From Candidatus Latescibacterota bacterium (GTDB lineage: Bacteria; Latescibacterota; UBA2968): 64,000 nucleotides of DNA. The notes under the pieces are model-generated. The model had not been told where the DNA came from, made no database searches, and saw nothing but the letters and a program-made list of their open reading frames with translations. The stretch spans positions 736,001 through 800,000 of the forward strand of contig OZ242311.1 in the NCBI GenBank assembly GCA_965207885.1, read 5' to 3'. A program made the position numbers and the translations under genes. This document shows, piece after piece, positions 1 through 9,644 of this stretch (its first letter is position 1; every line of letters begins with the position of its first letter).

Positions 1-1
1 C

Positions 2-814
2 GCAGATGCGGCGCAATATCGCCGGTTGCACGTGATTGTGGGCGATGCCAATATGTCGGAGTATATGACGGCGCTCAAGGTGGGGTCAACGGCGCTGGTG
101 ATCGATTTGATTGAGGCGGATTGTTTGCCCGATTATCGGCTGAAGGATCCGATTGCGGCGATGAAGAATATCGCCCGGGATCAGTCGCATGCGTGGCTGG
201 TAGAGGTCGAGGGCCCCGGCCATCGCCTCGTTCCTGCGGTTGAAATTCAGGATGCGTTTTTGACTCTGGCACGACGCGAGTTTGCCGGGCGGGATCGAGA
301 GACGGATTGGGTGTTGTCTGCGTGGGAAGATGTGATAGAGAAGTTGAGCCGCGATCCAATGGATCTGGTGGGGGTGTGCGATTGGGTGACGAAGAAGTGG
401 CTGATCGATAGTTTTTGCGAGGCGGAGAATCTGGCGTGGGATAATCCCGATGATTTGTTCTGGATGCAGAGTCAGGATCTGGAATATAGCAATGTGGATC
501 GGGATGCGGGGTTGTATTATTTGCTGGAGTCGCAGGGGCAGATGGTGCGTCTGGTGGGCGATGATGAGGTGGCAGCGGCAATGTCGGAACCGCCTTCGGG
601 TACGCGGGCGTATTTTCGAGGACGCAGTTTGGAGAAGTTCGGCGATTATGTGTCGTCGATTAACTGGGATCGCATTGTGTTTAAACGCAATGGTCGCCAG
701 CATGCGGTGGATATGAAATTATTGGTGGATGAAGAGCGGGTGCAGCGTTATAATGAGGTACTCGATAGTTCGGAGACGTTGGAGAGTTTTTTAGAGGCGT
801 TGGAGAAAGTGTGA
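2..814 (+). CDS. dop: Dop/PafA-family protein, probably the Dop-like depupylase/deamidase (5' truncated by window edge)
   Basis: YRRLHVIVGDANMSE, DWVTKKWL, DLEYSNVD, TRAYFRG motifs; directly upstream of UBact and proteasome genes; a PafA-like paralogue follows. Confidence 0.8.
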   Translation, partial: ADAAQYRRLHVIVGDANMSEYMTALKVGSTALVIDLIEADCLPDYRLKDPIAAMKNIARDQSHAWLVEVEGPGHRLVPAVEIQDAFLTLARREFAGRDRETDWVLSAWEDVIEKLSRDPMDLVGVCDWVTKKWLIDSFCEAENLAWDNPDDLFWMQSQDLEYSNVDRDAGLYYLLESQGQMVRLVGDDEVAAAMSEPPSGTRAYFRGRSLEKFGDYVSSINWDRIVFKRNGRQHAVDMKLLVDEERVQRYNEVLDSSETLESFLEALEKV

Positions 815-947
815 AGTAGGAAGTGTGAAGTGTGAGGGGTGATTGTCATCGCGGCAGGGTGTAAGCCGCGATCCAGAAGATTTTGCCTTTTACTCTGTGT
901 TCATCGGTGTTCATCGGTGGTTGCTTTTTTCATTAAGGAGGCCGTAG

Positions 948-1139
948 ATGGATAAGGTCTTACAGTTTGAACGACGGACGAAGCCGGTCGATCCGGGAGG
1001 ACCTGGTCCGGGTGATGATGGCGATGGTGGCCCCGCGCGCCCGAAGGTGGAGCGGCCAGACACACGCGATTTGCTGCGGCGCATGCGGCGCGTTGATCCC
1101 AATCAGGCGCGGCGCTATCGCCAGCGTACAGGCGAGTAG
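948..1139 (+). CDS. ubact: UBact, prokaryotic ubiquitin-like (Pup-analogous) modifier
   Basis: 63 aa, low-complexity N-half, C-terminus LLRRMRRVDPNQARRYRQRTGE matches the UBact R[T/S]G[E/Q] end; RBS AAGGAGG; between dop and proteasome beta. Confidence 0.9.
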   Translation: MDKVLQFERRTKPVDPGGPGPGDDGDGGPARPKVERPDTRDLLRRMRRVDPNQARRYRQRTGE

Positions 1140-1142
1140 CTT

Positions 1143-1946
1143 ATGCAATCGGGTGGGGATTTTGTCGATTTGTTGCGGCAATCGGGCTACCGGTTTCCGG
1201 GTGAGAATTTGGGCGATGTACAGGCCGAGCGCGCGTTGCCTTTTGAGCCTACGGATGCGACGACGATTCTGGCATTTCAATATGCCGATGGGGTGCTCGT
1301 TGCAGGCGATCGCCGCGCCACTGCGGGCAATATGGTGCTTTACGACCGCGCGGATAAGGTGATCGATCTGGATGCGTTTTCGGTGATGGCGATTTCAGGG
1401 TCGCCTTCGATTGCGTTTGAGATTGCGCGTATTCTGGAGCATGCGTTTCAGTATTATCGCCGCCGTTTGCTTCAGGAGATGAGTTTGCAGGCGAAGTTGC
1501 GCCGGTTGTCGCTGTTGATCAAGGATAATTTGCCGATGGCGATGCAGGGTATTGGCGCTGTGATTCCCATTTTTGCGACGTATGACCGGGTGGATGCGCG
1601 GGGTAAAATTTATTTTTACGATGCGCTGGGGGCGCAGTTCGAGAGTGCGGATTTTACGACGACGGGGTCGGGGTCGCCGGCGATTCGCGGGGCGATGTAT
1701 TATTTGAATCGCTGGGGCGGTCGGCGGTTTGTGGATATGGATCGCGATGCGGCTATCGGGCACGCGCTCCAGCTTCTGGATACGGCGTCGGAATACGATT
1801 CGGCGACGGGTCGATACGAGCGGTCGGCTGATATTTTTCCGTCGGTGAAGACGATTACGGCGTCGGGTTTGGAAGAGATCGAGACCGAGGCGTTGCGACA
1901 GCTCTATGTTCAATATGTGGATGGGGAGGAGGCGGGACGCGCATGA
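1143..1946 (+). CDS. prcB: 20S proteasome beta subunit
   Basis: Propeptide then TTILAFQYADGVLVAGDRRAT; GSGS motif; operon context. Confidence 0.9.
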   Translation: MQSGGDFVDLLRQSGYRFPGENLGDVQAERALPFEPTDATTILAFQYADGVLVAGDRRATAGNMVLYDRADKVIDLDAFSVMAISGSPSIAFEIARILEHAFQYYRRRLLQEMSLQAKLRRLSLLIKDNLPMAMQGIGAVIPIFATYDRVDARGKIYFYDALGAQFESADFTTTGSGSPAIRGAMYYLNRWGGRRFVDMDRDAAIGHALQLLDTASEYDSATGRYERSADIFPSVKTITASGLEEIETEALRQLYVQYVDGEEAGRA

Positions 1947-2740
1947 TGTTGTCTGATGAGCCGTATCGCTGGGCAGAGGCTGTTGCGAATCGGCGCGATT
2001 ATATTGAAGATCAGATCCGGACGGGGAGTCCGGTCGTGGGTGTGGGTTACGAGGGCGGTGTTTTGTTGTTGACGCTGTCGCAGAGTCAGCAGAAGGTGTT
2101 TGAGGTGTACGATCGCCTCTTGCTCGCGGGGATTGGGCATTCGACGGATATCGAGAATCTGCGGCAGGCTGCGATTGATATGGCGCATTCGATTGGGTTT
2201 AATTATTCAGAAGACGATGTGACACTGCGCCAGATTGTGTATTTTGGTCTCGGTCCTGCGATTAAGGCGGGGTTTGACGATGTGGTGCGGTCTCCTTTTT
2301 TGGCGCGGGTGCTTCTCGCGGAGTTAGATGGGCAGGAGGGCGCGCATATTTTTTATTCTGTGGATTACGATGGCGCGTTTCACCGGCACGAGAAATGGGC
2401 TGCTGTGGGGGGCGTTGTGGAGGCGGATGTGATGATGGTGCGCGAGTTGTCGGGTTTGGATACGGAGGCGTTGTCACTATCTGATGCCGCAGGTGCCGCG
2501 CTTCGCGCATGGGCAATGGGGCGATGGATTGGGAAGATGGATGAGGTGCCCACCGATGCCGACGCGTTGGATCAGGTGGTCGGGGAGGTCGATGTGGCTG
2601 ATGTGCTTGGGACGGAGTTGAAGGATCTGGAGGTGGAGGCGGTGGTGCTCGAGCGGTCGCGGGTAGGTAAAAACAAGTACCGCAATGTCGATGCAGAAGA
2701 AATTGCGCCCGCGCTGGCGCAGTTCATTGAGAATGCGTAA
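1943..2740 (+). CDS. prcA: 20S proteasome alpha subunit
   Basis: GSPVVGV, KVFEVYDRLLLAGIG, DIENLR, YSEDDVT motifs; ATGA overlap with beta. Confidence 0.85.
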   Translation: MMLSDEPYRWAEAVANRRDYIEDQIRTGSPVVGVGYEGGVLLLTLSQSQQKVFEVYDRLLLAGIGHSTDIENLRQAAIDMAHSIGFNYSEDDVTLRQIVYFGLGPAIKAGFDDVVRSPFLARVLLAELDGQEGAHIFYSVDYDGAFHRHEKWAAVGGVVEADVMMVRELSGLDTEALSLSDAAGAALRAWAMGRWIGKMDEVPTDADALDQVVGEVDVADVLGTELKDLEVEAVVLERSRVGKNKYRNVDAEEIAPALAQFIENA

Positions 2741-2848
2741 GAAGCGGTCAACGGTCGGCAATTAGAGCCGTCATTGCGGCATGCTTAAAGCCGCAATCCA
2801 GTGGGTGGTGGAAGGGAAGGGCTGAAAGCTGAAAATTGAGGGGTCCCA

Positions 2849-4309
2849 ATGAGAGATCGCATTTTTGGCATAGAAACCGAGTATGGGTGTTTGGCTCCCG
2901 AGCACGAGGGTTTTGTGAGTCCCGATACCATTTCGGTGAAGGTTAAGGATCACATTTTTCACGTTGACCGTATCGGGATTGTGGATATTCACTATCGCGG
3001 ACGGGATGAACCCCCGGGCAATGGGGGTTTTTTGTTTAATGCCGGGCGGGTTTATATCGATATGGGGCATCTGGAATACGCGACGCCGGAGTGTATGGGG
3101 TTGTGGGATATTGTGGCTTTTGATCGGGCTGGCGATCTCATTTTGCACCGGGCATTGCACGCGCTGGGGTTGGCTAAAGAAGCGGCGTTTTTGAAGAATA
3201 ATATCGATCACTATACGGGCGCGACGTTTGGCTGTCACGAAAATTATCTGGTCAGGCGCAATGTGCCTTTTTCAACGGTTGTCATTCCCGCGCTGTTGCC
3301 GTTTTTGGTGACGCGCCAGATTTTTTGCGGTGCAGGTCGCGTGGGCAGTTATGACGACAGTTTTTATTATTATGGGCACAATGCGCGCGATGTGACCAAC
3401 CGGGAAGATCCGGTGGATTTCCAGATTTCTCAGCGTGCGGATCATATTGTGACTGAGATTTATCAGTGGATTCAGTTTTCTCGCGCGATTATCAATACGC
3501 GAGATGAACCGCTGGCCGATCACAGCAAGTACCGCCGTTTGCACCTTCTGGTGGGCGATTCAAATATGTCGGAGTATGCGACGGCACTGAAGGTTGGCAC
3601 GACTGCGATGGTGCTGAATCTTCTGGAGCGGAAGATTTTTCCGGGGGATGTGGTGGAGTTGGGCGATCCGGTGTGGGCACTGAAGGAGATTTCGCGCGAT
3701 CCAACACATAAGTGGATTCTGGACCGGCAGAATGGGCGGTCTATTTCGGCTATTGATATACAGCGCGTTTATCTGGATTTGTCGCAGCGCTATTTGAGGG
3801 GTCTGGATGAGGAGTCGGATTGGGTGCTGGATGAGTGGGAGCGCACGCTGGATGATCTGGAGTCCGATCCGATGCAGTTGACAGATCGTCTGGACTGGGT
3901 GGCGAAGAAGTGGTTGTTGGATGCGTTTCGCGAGTCGGAGAATTTGAGCTGGGACGATCCGTGGTTGCAGAGTTTGGATCTGGAGTATCACAATATCGAT
4001 CCCAATCGCGGGTTGTATTTCGATCTGGAGCAACAGGGTAAGATGAAGCGCGTGTTGACCGATGATCGCGTTGAAGAGGCTTGTGGGACGCCTCCGGCTG
4101 ATACGCGGGCAAAGGCGCGGGCGGCAATGGTGAAGACGTTGTCGCAAAATCGGGTGCGGTATATTGTGGATTGGGATTCGGTGTATTTGGAAAATGATTA
4201 CCATTTGAGTTTTCGCGATCCGTTTGATACGTATGACGAGGCGGTAGAGGCGTTTGCCGAGGAGGTCGAGATCGCGTCGAAGATGATGGGGTTGAGAAGG
4301 GGGAAGTAG
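2849..4309 (+). CDS. pafA: Pup/UBact-protein ligase (PafA family)
   Basis: RIFGIETEYG, NAGRVYIDMGHLEYATPEC, FGCHENYL, NTRDEPLAD..YRRLHL motifs. Confidence 0.88.
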   Translation: MRDRIFGIETEYGCLAPEHEGFVSPDTISVKVKDHIFHVDRIGIVDIHYRGRDEPPGNGGFLFNAGRVYIDMGHLEYATPECMGLWDIVAFDRAGDLILHRALHALGLAKEAAFLKNNIDHYTGATFGCHENYLVRRNVPFSTVVIPALLPFLVTRQIFCGAGRVGSYDDSFYYYGHNARDVTNREDPVDFQISQRADHIVTEIYQWIQFSRAIINTRDEPLADHSKYRRLHLLVGDSNMSEYATALKVGTTAMVLNLLERKIFPGDVVELGDPVWALKEISRDPTHKWILDRQNGRSISAIDIQRVYLDLSQRYLRGLDEESDWVLDEWERTLDDLESDPMQLTDRLDWVAKKWLLDAFRESENLSWDDPWLQSLDLEYHNIDPNRGLYFDLEQQGKMKRVLTDDRVEEACGTPPADTRAKARAAMVKTLSQNRVRYIVDWDSVYLENDYHLSFRDPFDTYDEAVEAFAEEVEIASKMMGLRRGK

Positions 4310-4385
4310 GAAGGGTGAAGGAGGAAGTAGGAAGTGAGAAGTAGGAAGTGAGAAGGGGGAAGTAGGAAGGGTGAAGTGGGAAGGA
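4303..4385 (+). repeat. Heptamer tandem tract GAAGTAG/GAAGTGT-like (also ~808-836, 7370-7474, 13573-13650, 54778-54829)
   Basis: Directly visible degenerate 7-mer arrays at gene ends. Confidence 0.85.
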
Positions 4386-4424
4386 TGTAGGGGCGACCCC
4401 CTGTGGTCGCCCGTTTTTTTTTGC

Positions 4425-4655
4425 TTATCTCTTTCCCAAAACTACAACTTCTTCGTCTTTTTTCATTCGTTCTATGACTATGAACATTTCCAATGCTGTT
4501 TGGCATTCATTAGGGTCTTCAAATGTGACAGACGACCTTATAACTTCGGTCTGTGAAAAAAAGTCTTTTCCTGCCCATACATATTTGTGGGGCCCTTGAT
4601 TTGTGTAGTCTTCTAAAGACGACTCTTCATCATCAATAACGTAAAATTGTATCAT
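4425..4655 (-). CDS. Small hypothetical protein (76 aa)
   Basis: ATG at 4655 preceded by AGGAGAGAAGGA; AT-rich region; weak by-eye resemblance to YegP/DUF1508. Confidence 0.5.
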   Translation of the reverse strand: MIQFYVIDDEESSLEDYTNQGPHKYVWAGKDFFSQTEVIRSSVTFEDPNECQTALEMFIVIERMKKDEEVVVLGKR

Positions 4656-4767
4656 TCCTTCTCTCCTATTTTTGCGCATGGGCATGAGTGAGCCTATCGG
4701 CATGGTATAGATTTCCCTTTGCAAAGTCAACCTATATTTGACAAAACACCAGGAGGATTGCATATCA

Positions 4768-4830
4768 ATAAATGTAGCAAACCGTACGATTTTCGAGCAC
4801 GACAGCATCGACATTCTGCGGGAAATCAAC
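4768..4830 (+). pseudogene. Possible N-terminal remnant of a DNA methyltransferase (N4/N6 type)
   Basis: Frame reads INVANRTIFEHDSIDILREIN after RBS AGGAGG (4751); resembles the 'NRTIFxxDNLxILRGI' start of beta-class MTases; no DPPF/Y follows. Confidence 0.35.
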
Positions 4831-4892
4831 TTTTTGAAACTCTTGATGAGTCTTCTAAATAATCTAAAAGCCTTCTACATCATCCCGCTTTT

Positions 4893-5438
4893 TTAGCCCC
4901 GCCTGCTTCTTCCGCCGCGTCGTCCAGAGTAGTGGCGAGAGCTCATGGGCAGGTACGCGCGGGCGATTTTTTGACTGGCGCGGTCGAGTTTGGTATAGTC
5001 GGGGATTTTGTAGCGTTTGCGCGTTATGGCGTCGGTGAATACGATTTCGGGAAATGCGTTGAGGTTGAGGTTCTGATCGCCGCGGATTGTGAAGCGCATA
5101 GGTCCCGCGTCGGTGTTGATGTCCCAGGTTGTGCCGCCTTCTTTGTTGCTTTCGATGTTGAGTATGGTCTGGATTTTGGGGATGTCATAGCGGTTTTTGA
5201 GGTGTTCTTCAACGCGTGTCCGGGATTGTGGGTTTAATCCGTCGAGTGTGGGCAACAGGCCCAGTTCGGTTCCGTCCCGGTCGCGGAGGCTGATCCATTG
5301 GTCGGGCGTGGAAAAGGGGAAGCAGCGCGCGATGTGATCGATGTGTAGTTCTTCTCCGTCGGCACAGAGGATCAGGCTGTCGCCGTTTTGACGTATGTCA
5401 ATGGTTTCGGGGATGAGTTGTTGTATCATGATATCCAT
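4893..5438 (-). CDS. DUF1854 domain protein
   Basis: RCFPFSTPDQWISLRDRDGTELG, Y.IP.I..I, WDINTDAG motifs; downstream of ABC exporter. Confidence 0.75.
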   Translation of the reverse strand: MDIMIQQLIPETIDIRQNGDSLILCADGEELHIDHIARCFPFSTPDQWISLRDRDGTELGLLPTLDGLNPQSRTRVEEHLKNRYDIPKIQTILNIESNKEGGTTWDINTDAGPMRFTIRGDQNLNLNAFPEIVFTDAITRKRYKIPDYTKLDRASQKIARAYLPMSSRHYSGRRGGRSRRG

Positions 5439-5582
5439 GTGGAGGTCTCCGTAGGGGACGGCCCCTGTGCCGTCCCGTCTGTCATCGCGGCATGGTGTTA
5501 GCCGCGATCCAGAGGTTTTGATTTTGCCTTTCGCTTTTTGCCTTTCATCCGTGTTTATCTGTGTTCATCGGTGGTTGCTTTT

Positions 5583-7367
5583 TTACGCTTCTTCCAACGC
5601 GAATTGCATGTCGCACAGGCGGGCGTAGAGGCCGTCGCTGGCGAGTAGCTGGGTGTGTGTGCCGTATTCGACGATTTTGCCGCGGTCGATGACGTAGAGG
5701 CAGTCGGCGCGGCGCACGGTGGATAGGCGATGGGCGATCGCAAAGGTGGTGCGGCCTTCCATGAGGCGTTCGAGTGCTTTTTGGATGAGCATTTCGGTTT
5801 CGGTGTCAACAGAAGATGTGGCTTCGTCCAGGATGAGGATGCGCGGGTTGTTGAGGATGGCGCGGGCTATGGATATGCGCTGTTTTTCGCCGCCGGATAA
5901 GCGCACGCCCCGTTCGCCTATGTGGGTGTCATAAGCGTCCGGGAATCCGCAGACGAAGTCGTGGGCGTTGGCCATCATGGCGGCGTTGATGATGTCGGTT
6001 TCGGTGGCGTTGAGTTTGCCATAAGCGATGTTTTCGCGGATGGTTCCGTTGAAGAGGAAGGGTTCTTGTAAGACCATGCCGATTTGGCTGCGCAAAGATG
6101 CGCGTTGCATGTTTTTGAGGTCATGACCGTCAACGCATACGGTGCCAGAGTCGGGGTCGTAGAATCGGCAGATGAGGTTGATGATGGTGGTTTTGCCCGC
6201 GCCGCTGGGCCCGACGAGGCCGATGAGTTGCCCGGGTTGTGCGATGAGGGATACGCCCTGGAGGACGGGGGGTCCGTGTTCGTAGGCAAAGGTGACGTTT
6301 TGAAATTCAACGCGGCCGTTCAGGCGGTCAAAGGGGAGGGCGTTGGGGGTGTCTTTTATTTCGGGCTGGGTGTCCAGGATTTCAAAGATGCGACGCGCTG
6401 AGGCGGCTGCGCGCACGATGGTGTCGTTGATGCGGGTAAGGCTTTCTACGGGTCCGTAGAAGCGCCAGAGAAAGCTTTGAAAGGCGAAGAGGGTGCCGAT
6501 GGTGAGGTCGCCCGAGATGATTTGTCGCCCGCCAAAGAGGAGGACGAGGAGGGGTCCCATGGAGATGATGAATCGGGCGAGGGGAAAGAAGGCGACGCGG
6601 GTTTTGATGATGGTGATGCTGATGGTGAGGAAGGCTTTGCATTTTTGGGTGAAGCGAGAGAGTTCGTGGCCTTCGCGGGCAAAGCATTTGATGACGCGGA
6701 TGCCGGAGAGGTTGTCTTGCAAGAGGGCGCTGATGTCGGCTATGCGTTCGCGCGCCATGGTGTAATAGGGGCGTATGGTGCGGTTGTAGAAGATGATGAG
6801 GATGCTGTATAGGGGCATGGGCAACAGGGTGATGAGGGCGAGTTCAAAGCTGAGGCCAAAGAGGATGCTGCCGTAGATGACGATGGTTGCGATATTGACG
6901 AGTACGCGTTCCAGGGTGTCTGTGACGGTGTATTGGAGGGATTCGACGTCGGCGGTTACGCGCGACATGAGTTCGCCCGTGCTGCGGTCGTTGTAGAAGC
7001 GCAGGCCCAGGTGCTGGAGGTGGTCATAGACCTGGACGCGGAGGCTGAAGAGGATGTCCTGGCCCGTTCGGTTGAGGAGGTAGCGGTTGATGAAGCTGAA
7101 GATGGTGTGGAGGATATAGACGCCGAGGAGGAGCAGGGCGTAGTATTGGAGGAGGTCGAAGTCGGTTGCGATTTTTGTGTCGGAGAAGTCGTCGCCAATA
7201 TAATTCCCTTCTGTGAAGTAGGGGGTTAAGATGTTGTCGATGACTTCGCGCATGAGCAGGGGTTGCGCGGCATCCAGGCCGATCATGACGAGGGTGGCGC
7301 CGATGCCGATGCTCACGCGGCCCAGGTAAGGGCGAACATAGGTGACGAGGCGGAGGAAGACGTTCAT
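5583..7367 (-). CDS. ABC transporter, fused permease/ATP-binding protein
   Basis: TM N-half, Walker A GPSGAGKT, LSGGEKQR, ILDEATSSVD; likely start MNVFLRL (upstream ORF extension runs through repeats). Confidence 0.92.
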   Translation of the reverse strand: MNVFLRLVTYVRPYLGRVSIGIGATLVMIGLDAAQPLLMREVIDNILTPYFTEGNYIGDDFSDTKIATDFDLLQYYALLLLGVYILHTIFSFINRYLLNRTGQDILFSLRVQVYDHLQHLGLRFYNDRSTGELMSRVTADVESLQYTVTDTLERVLVNIATIVIYGSILFGLSFELALITLLPMPLYSILIIFYNRTIRPYYTMARERIADISALLQDNLSGIRVIKCFAREGHELSRFTQKCKAFLTISITIIKTRVAFFPLARFIISMGPLLVLLFGGRQIISGDLTIGTLFAFQSFLWRFYGPVESLTRINDTIVRAAASARRIFEILDTQPEIKDTPNALPFDRLNGRVEFQNVTFAYEHGPPVLQGVSLIAQPGQLIGLVGPSGAGKTTIINLICRFYDPDSGTVCVDGHDLKNMQRASLRSQIGMVLQEPFLFNGTIRENIAYGKLNATETDIINAAMMANAHDFVCGFPDAYDTHIGERGVRLSGGEKQRISIARAILNNPRILILDEATSSVDTETEMLIQKALERLMEGRTTFAIAHRLSTVRRADCLYVIDRGKIVEYGTHTQLLASDGLYARLCDMQFALEEA

Positions 7368-7536
7368 GGGAAGTGTGAAGTGTGAAGGTTGAAGTGTGAA
7401 ACGGTTTACAACTGGTCGTTTCTCAGACCAGTTCACGTTGAAGGTTGAAGGTTGAAGTGTGAAGGTTGAAGTGTGTAGGGGCGAGGCATGCGTCATCGCG
7501 GTATGGTTTTTAGCCGCGATCCAGAGGTTTTGTTTG

Positions 7537-8160
7537 TTACGCGTTGATAATCTGATCGGTGGATACAATTTCAACGCCCTGTTGCTGCCATTCATCTACC
7601 AGGCGGTCCCCGCGTTCGGGGTTGATGGCTTGTGCGGCGTCCAGGACGAGCTGTATGGGCGCTGTGTTGCGGTTTAAGAAGCCGTTGATGGCGTAGGCGT
7701 TGCATACGTCGAGGGCTACGCCATAGAGGACGATGCGGTCGGGTTTGATGGCGTTGAGTACAGGTTCGACGTTGGGGTTGGTGAAGACATCGAAACGCTG
7801 TTTGCGAAAGATGATTTCACCGCGGTGTTTTTGTACCCGGCTGATGAGGTCGCCCGGGGCGTCCGGGTCGATCCAGAGGGGATTTTGCGGTTGGGTTTCG
7901 GGTACTTTTTTTTGTCCTTCTGTGCCGGCGATGCAGTGGGGCGGAAAGGTTTCCAGGAAGTCCGGGTTGTCTGAGATTTCAGGGTCGTCTATCTGGTGGT
8001 TGTCAACCGAGCCGTAGATGGGGATGTCCCGTTGTCTGGCATGGTCTGTGAGTTTTTTGAGGTTCGGCAAGCGCTTTTCCGATGCGGTGACGTAGAGTTT
8101 GCCGTCGGGCATGATGAAGTCGTATTGGGTATCGACATCCCAGAATATGACGCCGGGCAT
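7537..8160 (-). CDS. Isochorismatase/nicotinamidase-like cysteine hydrolase
   Basis: DVDTQYDF, FPPHC, FRKQRFDVF, GVALDVC; RBS AAGGAG before ATG 8160. Confidence 0.85.
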   Translation of the reverse strand: MPGVIFWDVDTQYDFIMPDGKLYVTASEKRLPNLKKLTDHARQRDIPIYGSVDNHQIDDPEISDNPDFLETFPPHCIAGTEGQKKVPETQPQNPLWIDPDAPGDLISRVQKHRGEIIFRKQRFDVFTNPNVEPVLNAIKPDRIVLYGVALDVCNAYAINGFLNRNTAPIQLVLDAAQAINPERGDRLVDEWQQQGVEIVSTDQIINA

Positions 8161-8328
8161 GGGGTACTCCTTTATTGATCTGCGATCAGATTGTAGGGGA
8201 CGGCCCCTGTGCCGTCCCGTCATTGCGGCATGGTCCCCTGCTTAAAGCATGCAGGGGCATGCTTAGCCGCAATCCAGAGGTTTTGGGTGGTGGGGCAGGG
8301 TTCGTCTATGAACTGGCCTGAGAAGCGG

Positions 8329-9564
8329 TCAGTTGTACCCCGCTCCGTCTATTCGTGTTTTGTACAAAAAGTATTTTTCCCTCACAGTAGCGAATTCCTC
8401 CAATTCCCCTTCCCATCGCTCCCATATTTCCCGCGCGCTGTCGCCTTTTAGGAGGGCTTCGCGCACGGTGCTGGTTCCCATGGCCTGGTCAAAGCGGTCA
8501 TACCGGTCTTTTGGGATTTTGAATTCGGGATATGTTGCCACGAGGTGTGCGAGTATGGATATTTCTGTGCGCGTGGGTCGAAAGGCGATGGGGTCTGTTA
8601 TGTGCAGGCATATAGCCTGTACTTTTTTGTCGCGAAACAGCCATGTGTCGGGTTCAAATATTATGGGTTGAAATTCTACGCCGGGCAGTTGCAGGGCGTT
8701 CAGGTCGCGGGCTGTTTTTTCTGCGTTGATCCACGGCGCGCCAGCGATTTGAAAGGGCATGTCGGTTCCTATGCCGATGTGCAGGGTTCCCAATGCGCCA
8801 ATGGTTCCGGTTGCAGCAAAGGTTATGGCAGATTCGGGCGATGGGATGTTGGGCGATGGCTCGACCCAGTCGCGTCCGATGTCCGCCCAGCGCGTGTTGC
8901 GCTGGTAGCCTTCCATGGGGACGACGGTGAGGGAACAGGCGAGCAGGTGTTCGCGGTTGAGATATCGGGCGAGTTCTCCTGCTGTGAGTCCATACGCGCG
9001 GGGTACTGGATAGAGTCCTCCAACTAATGATCGCCATTTTTCTTCGGTTATGGGTCCATCTACGGTTAGTCCGCCGAGGGGATTGGGGCGGTCGAGGACG
9101 ATGACGCGCTTGTCGTGTTCGCCCGCCGCTTTTATGACTTTGGTCAGGCTCCAGATGTAGGTGTAGGCTCTGCTGCCCACGTCCTGTATGTCGTAGATTA
9201 TGACGTCGATGTTGTCCAGTGCGGATTTTAAGGAACGGTCACTTCCGTAGAGGGAATATACGGGCAGGCTGTCCATTTGCGTGTCGCGCACGTGTTCGCC
9301 CGCTTTTGCCTCTGCTTTGATTCCGTGTTCAAGTGCGAATAGGGCGACGAGATTTACGTCCGGGTGCTGTTGCAGGGCGGCGATTGTTGTGATGCCTGTT
9401 TTTGTGCGTCCCGTGGGGTTGGTGATCAGGCCGACCCGTGCATTTTCTGTTAGATGGGTGTGGTGTTCCAAAAATACATCTACACCCATTTGTAGCTCCT
9501 GTTTTTGCGAGGTGCAGTTGAGACAGATGGAAAGAAGGAGTATGGAGGTACACAATCTACCCAT
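8329..9564 (-). CDS. DUF1343/NamZ exo-beta-N-acetylmuramidase family, probable lipoprotein
   Basis: GLITNPTG, LFALEHG, DIQDVGSRAYTY, LDRPNPLGG, PSPNIP motifs; signal peptide with Cys. Confidence 0.88.
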   Translation of the reverse strand: MGRLCTSILLLSICLNCTSQKQELQMGVDVFLEHHTHLTENARVGLITNPTGRTKTGITTIAALQQHPDVNLVALFALEHGIKAEAKAGEHVRDTQMDSLPVYSLYGSDRSLKSALDNIDVIIYDIQDVGSRAYTYIWSLTKVIKAAGEHDKRVIVLDRPNPLGGLTVDGPITEEKWRSLVGGLYPVPRAYGLTAGELARYLNREHLLACSLTVVPMEGYQRNTRWADIGRDWVEPSPNIPSPESAITFAATGTIGALGTLHIGIGTDMPFQIAGAPWINAEKTARDLNALQLPGVEFQPIIFEPDTWLFRDKKVQAICLHITDPIAFRPTRTEISILAHLVATYPEFKIPKDRYDRFDQAMGTSTVREALLKGDSAREIWERWEGELEEFATVREKYFLYKTRIDGAGYN

Positions 9565-9582
9565 TTTTACGCTTCCAGATAA

Positions 9583-9618
9583 AAAACGGGCAGTTGCACA
9601 CATGCGACTGCCCGTTTT
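9583..9618 (-). terminator. Intrinsic terminator
   Basis: AAAACGGGCAGTtGCA-loop-TGCgACTGCCCGTTTT hairpin with U-tract on - strand after 9645 gene. Confidence 0.7.
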
Positions 9619-9644
9619 GTTACATCAACCCGTTTTTGCTTTTT

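Noticed and set aside
7368-7595. N-terminal extensions of the ABC transporter and similar ORF-track starts (8223, 25907, 33373, 54846, 20802 minus, 41871)
   Set aside because: They read through REP, heptamer or intergenic DNA; family homology and usually an RBS begin at downstream starts
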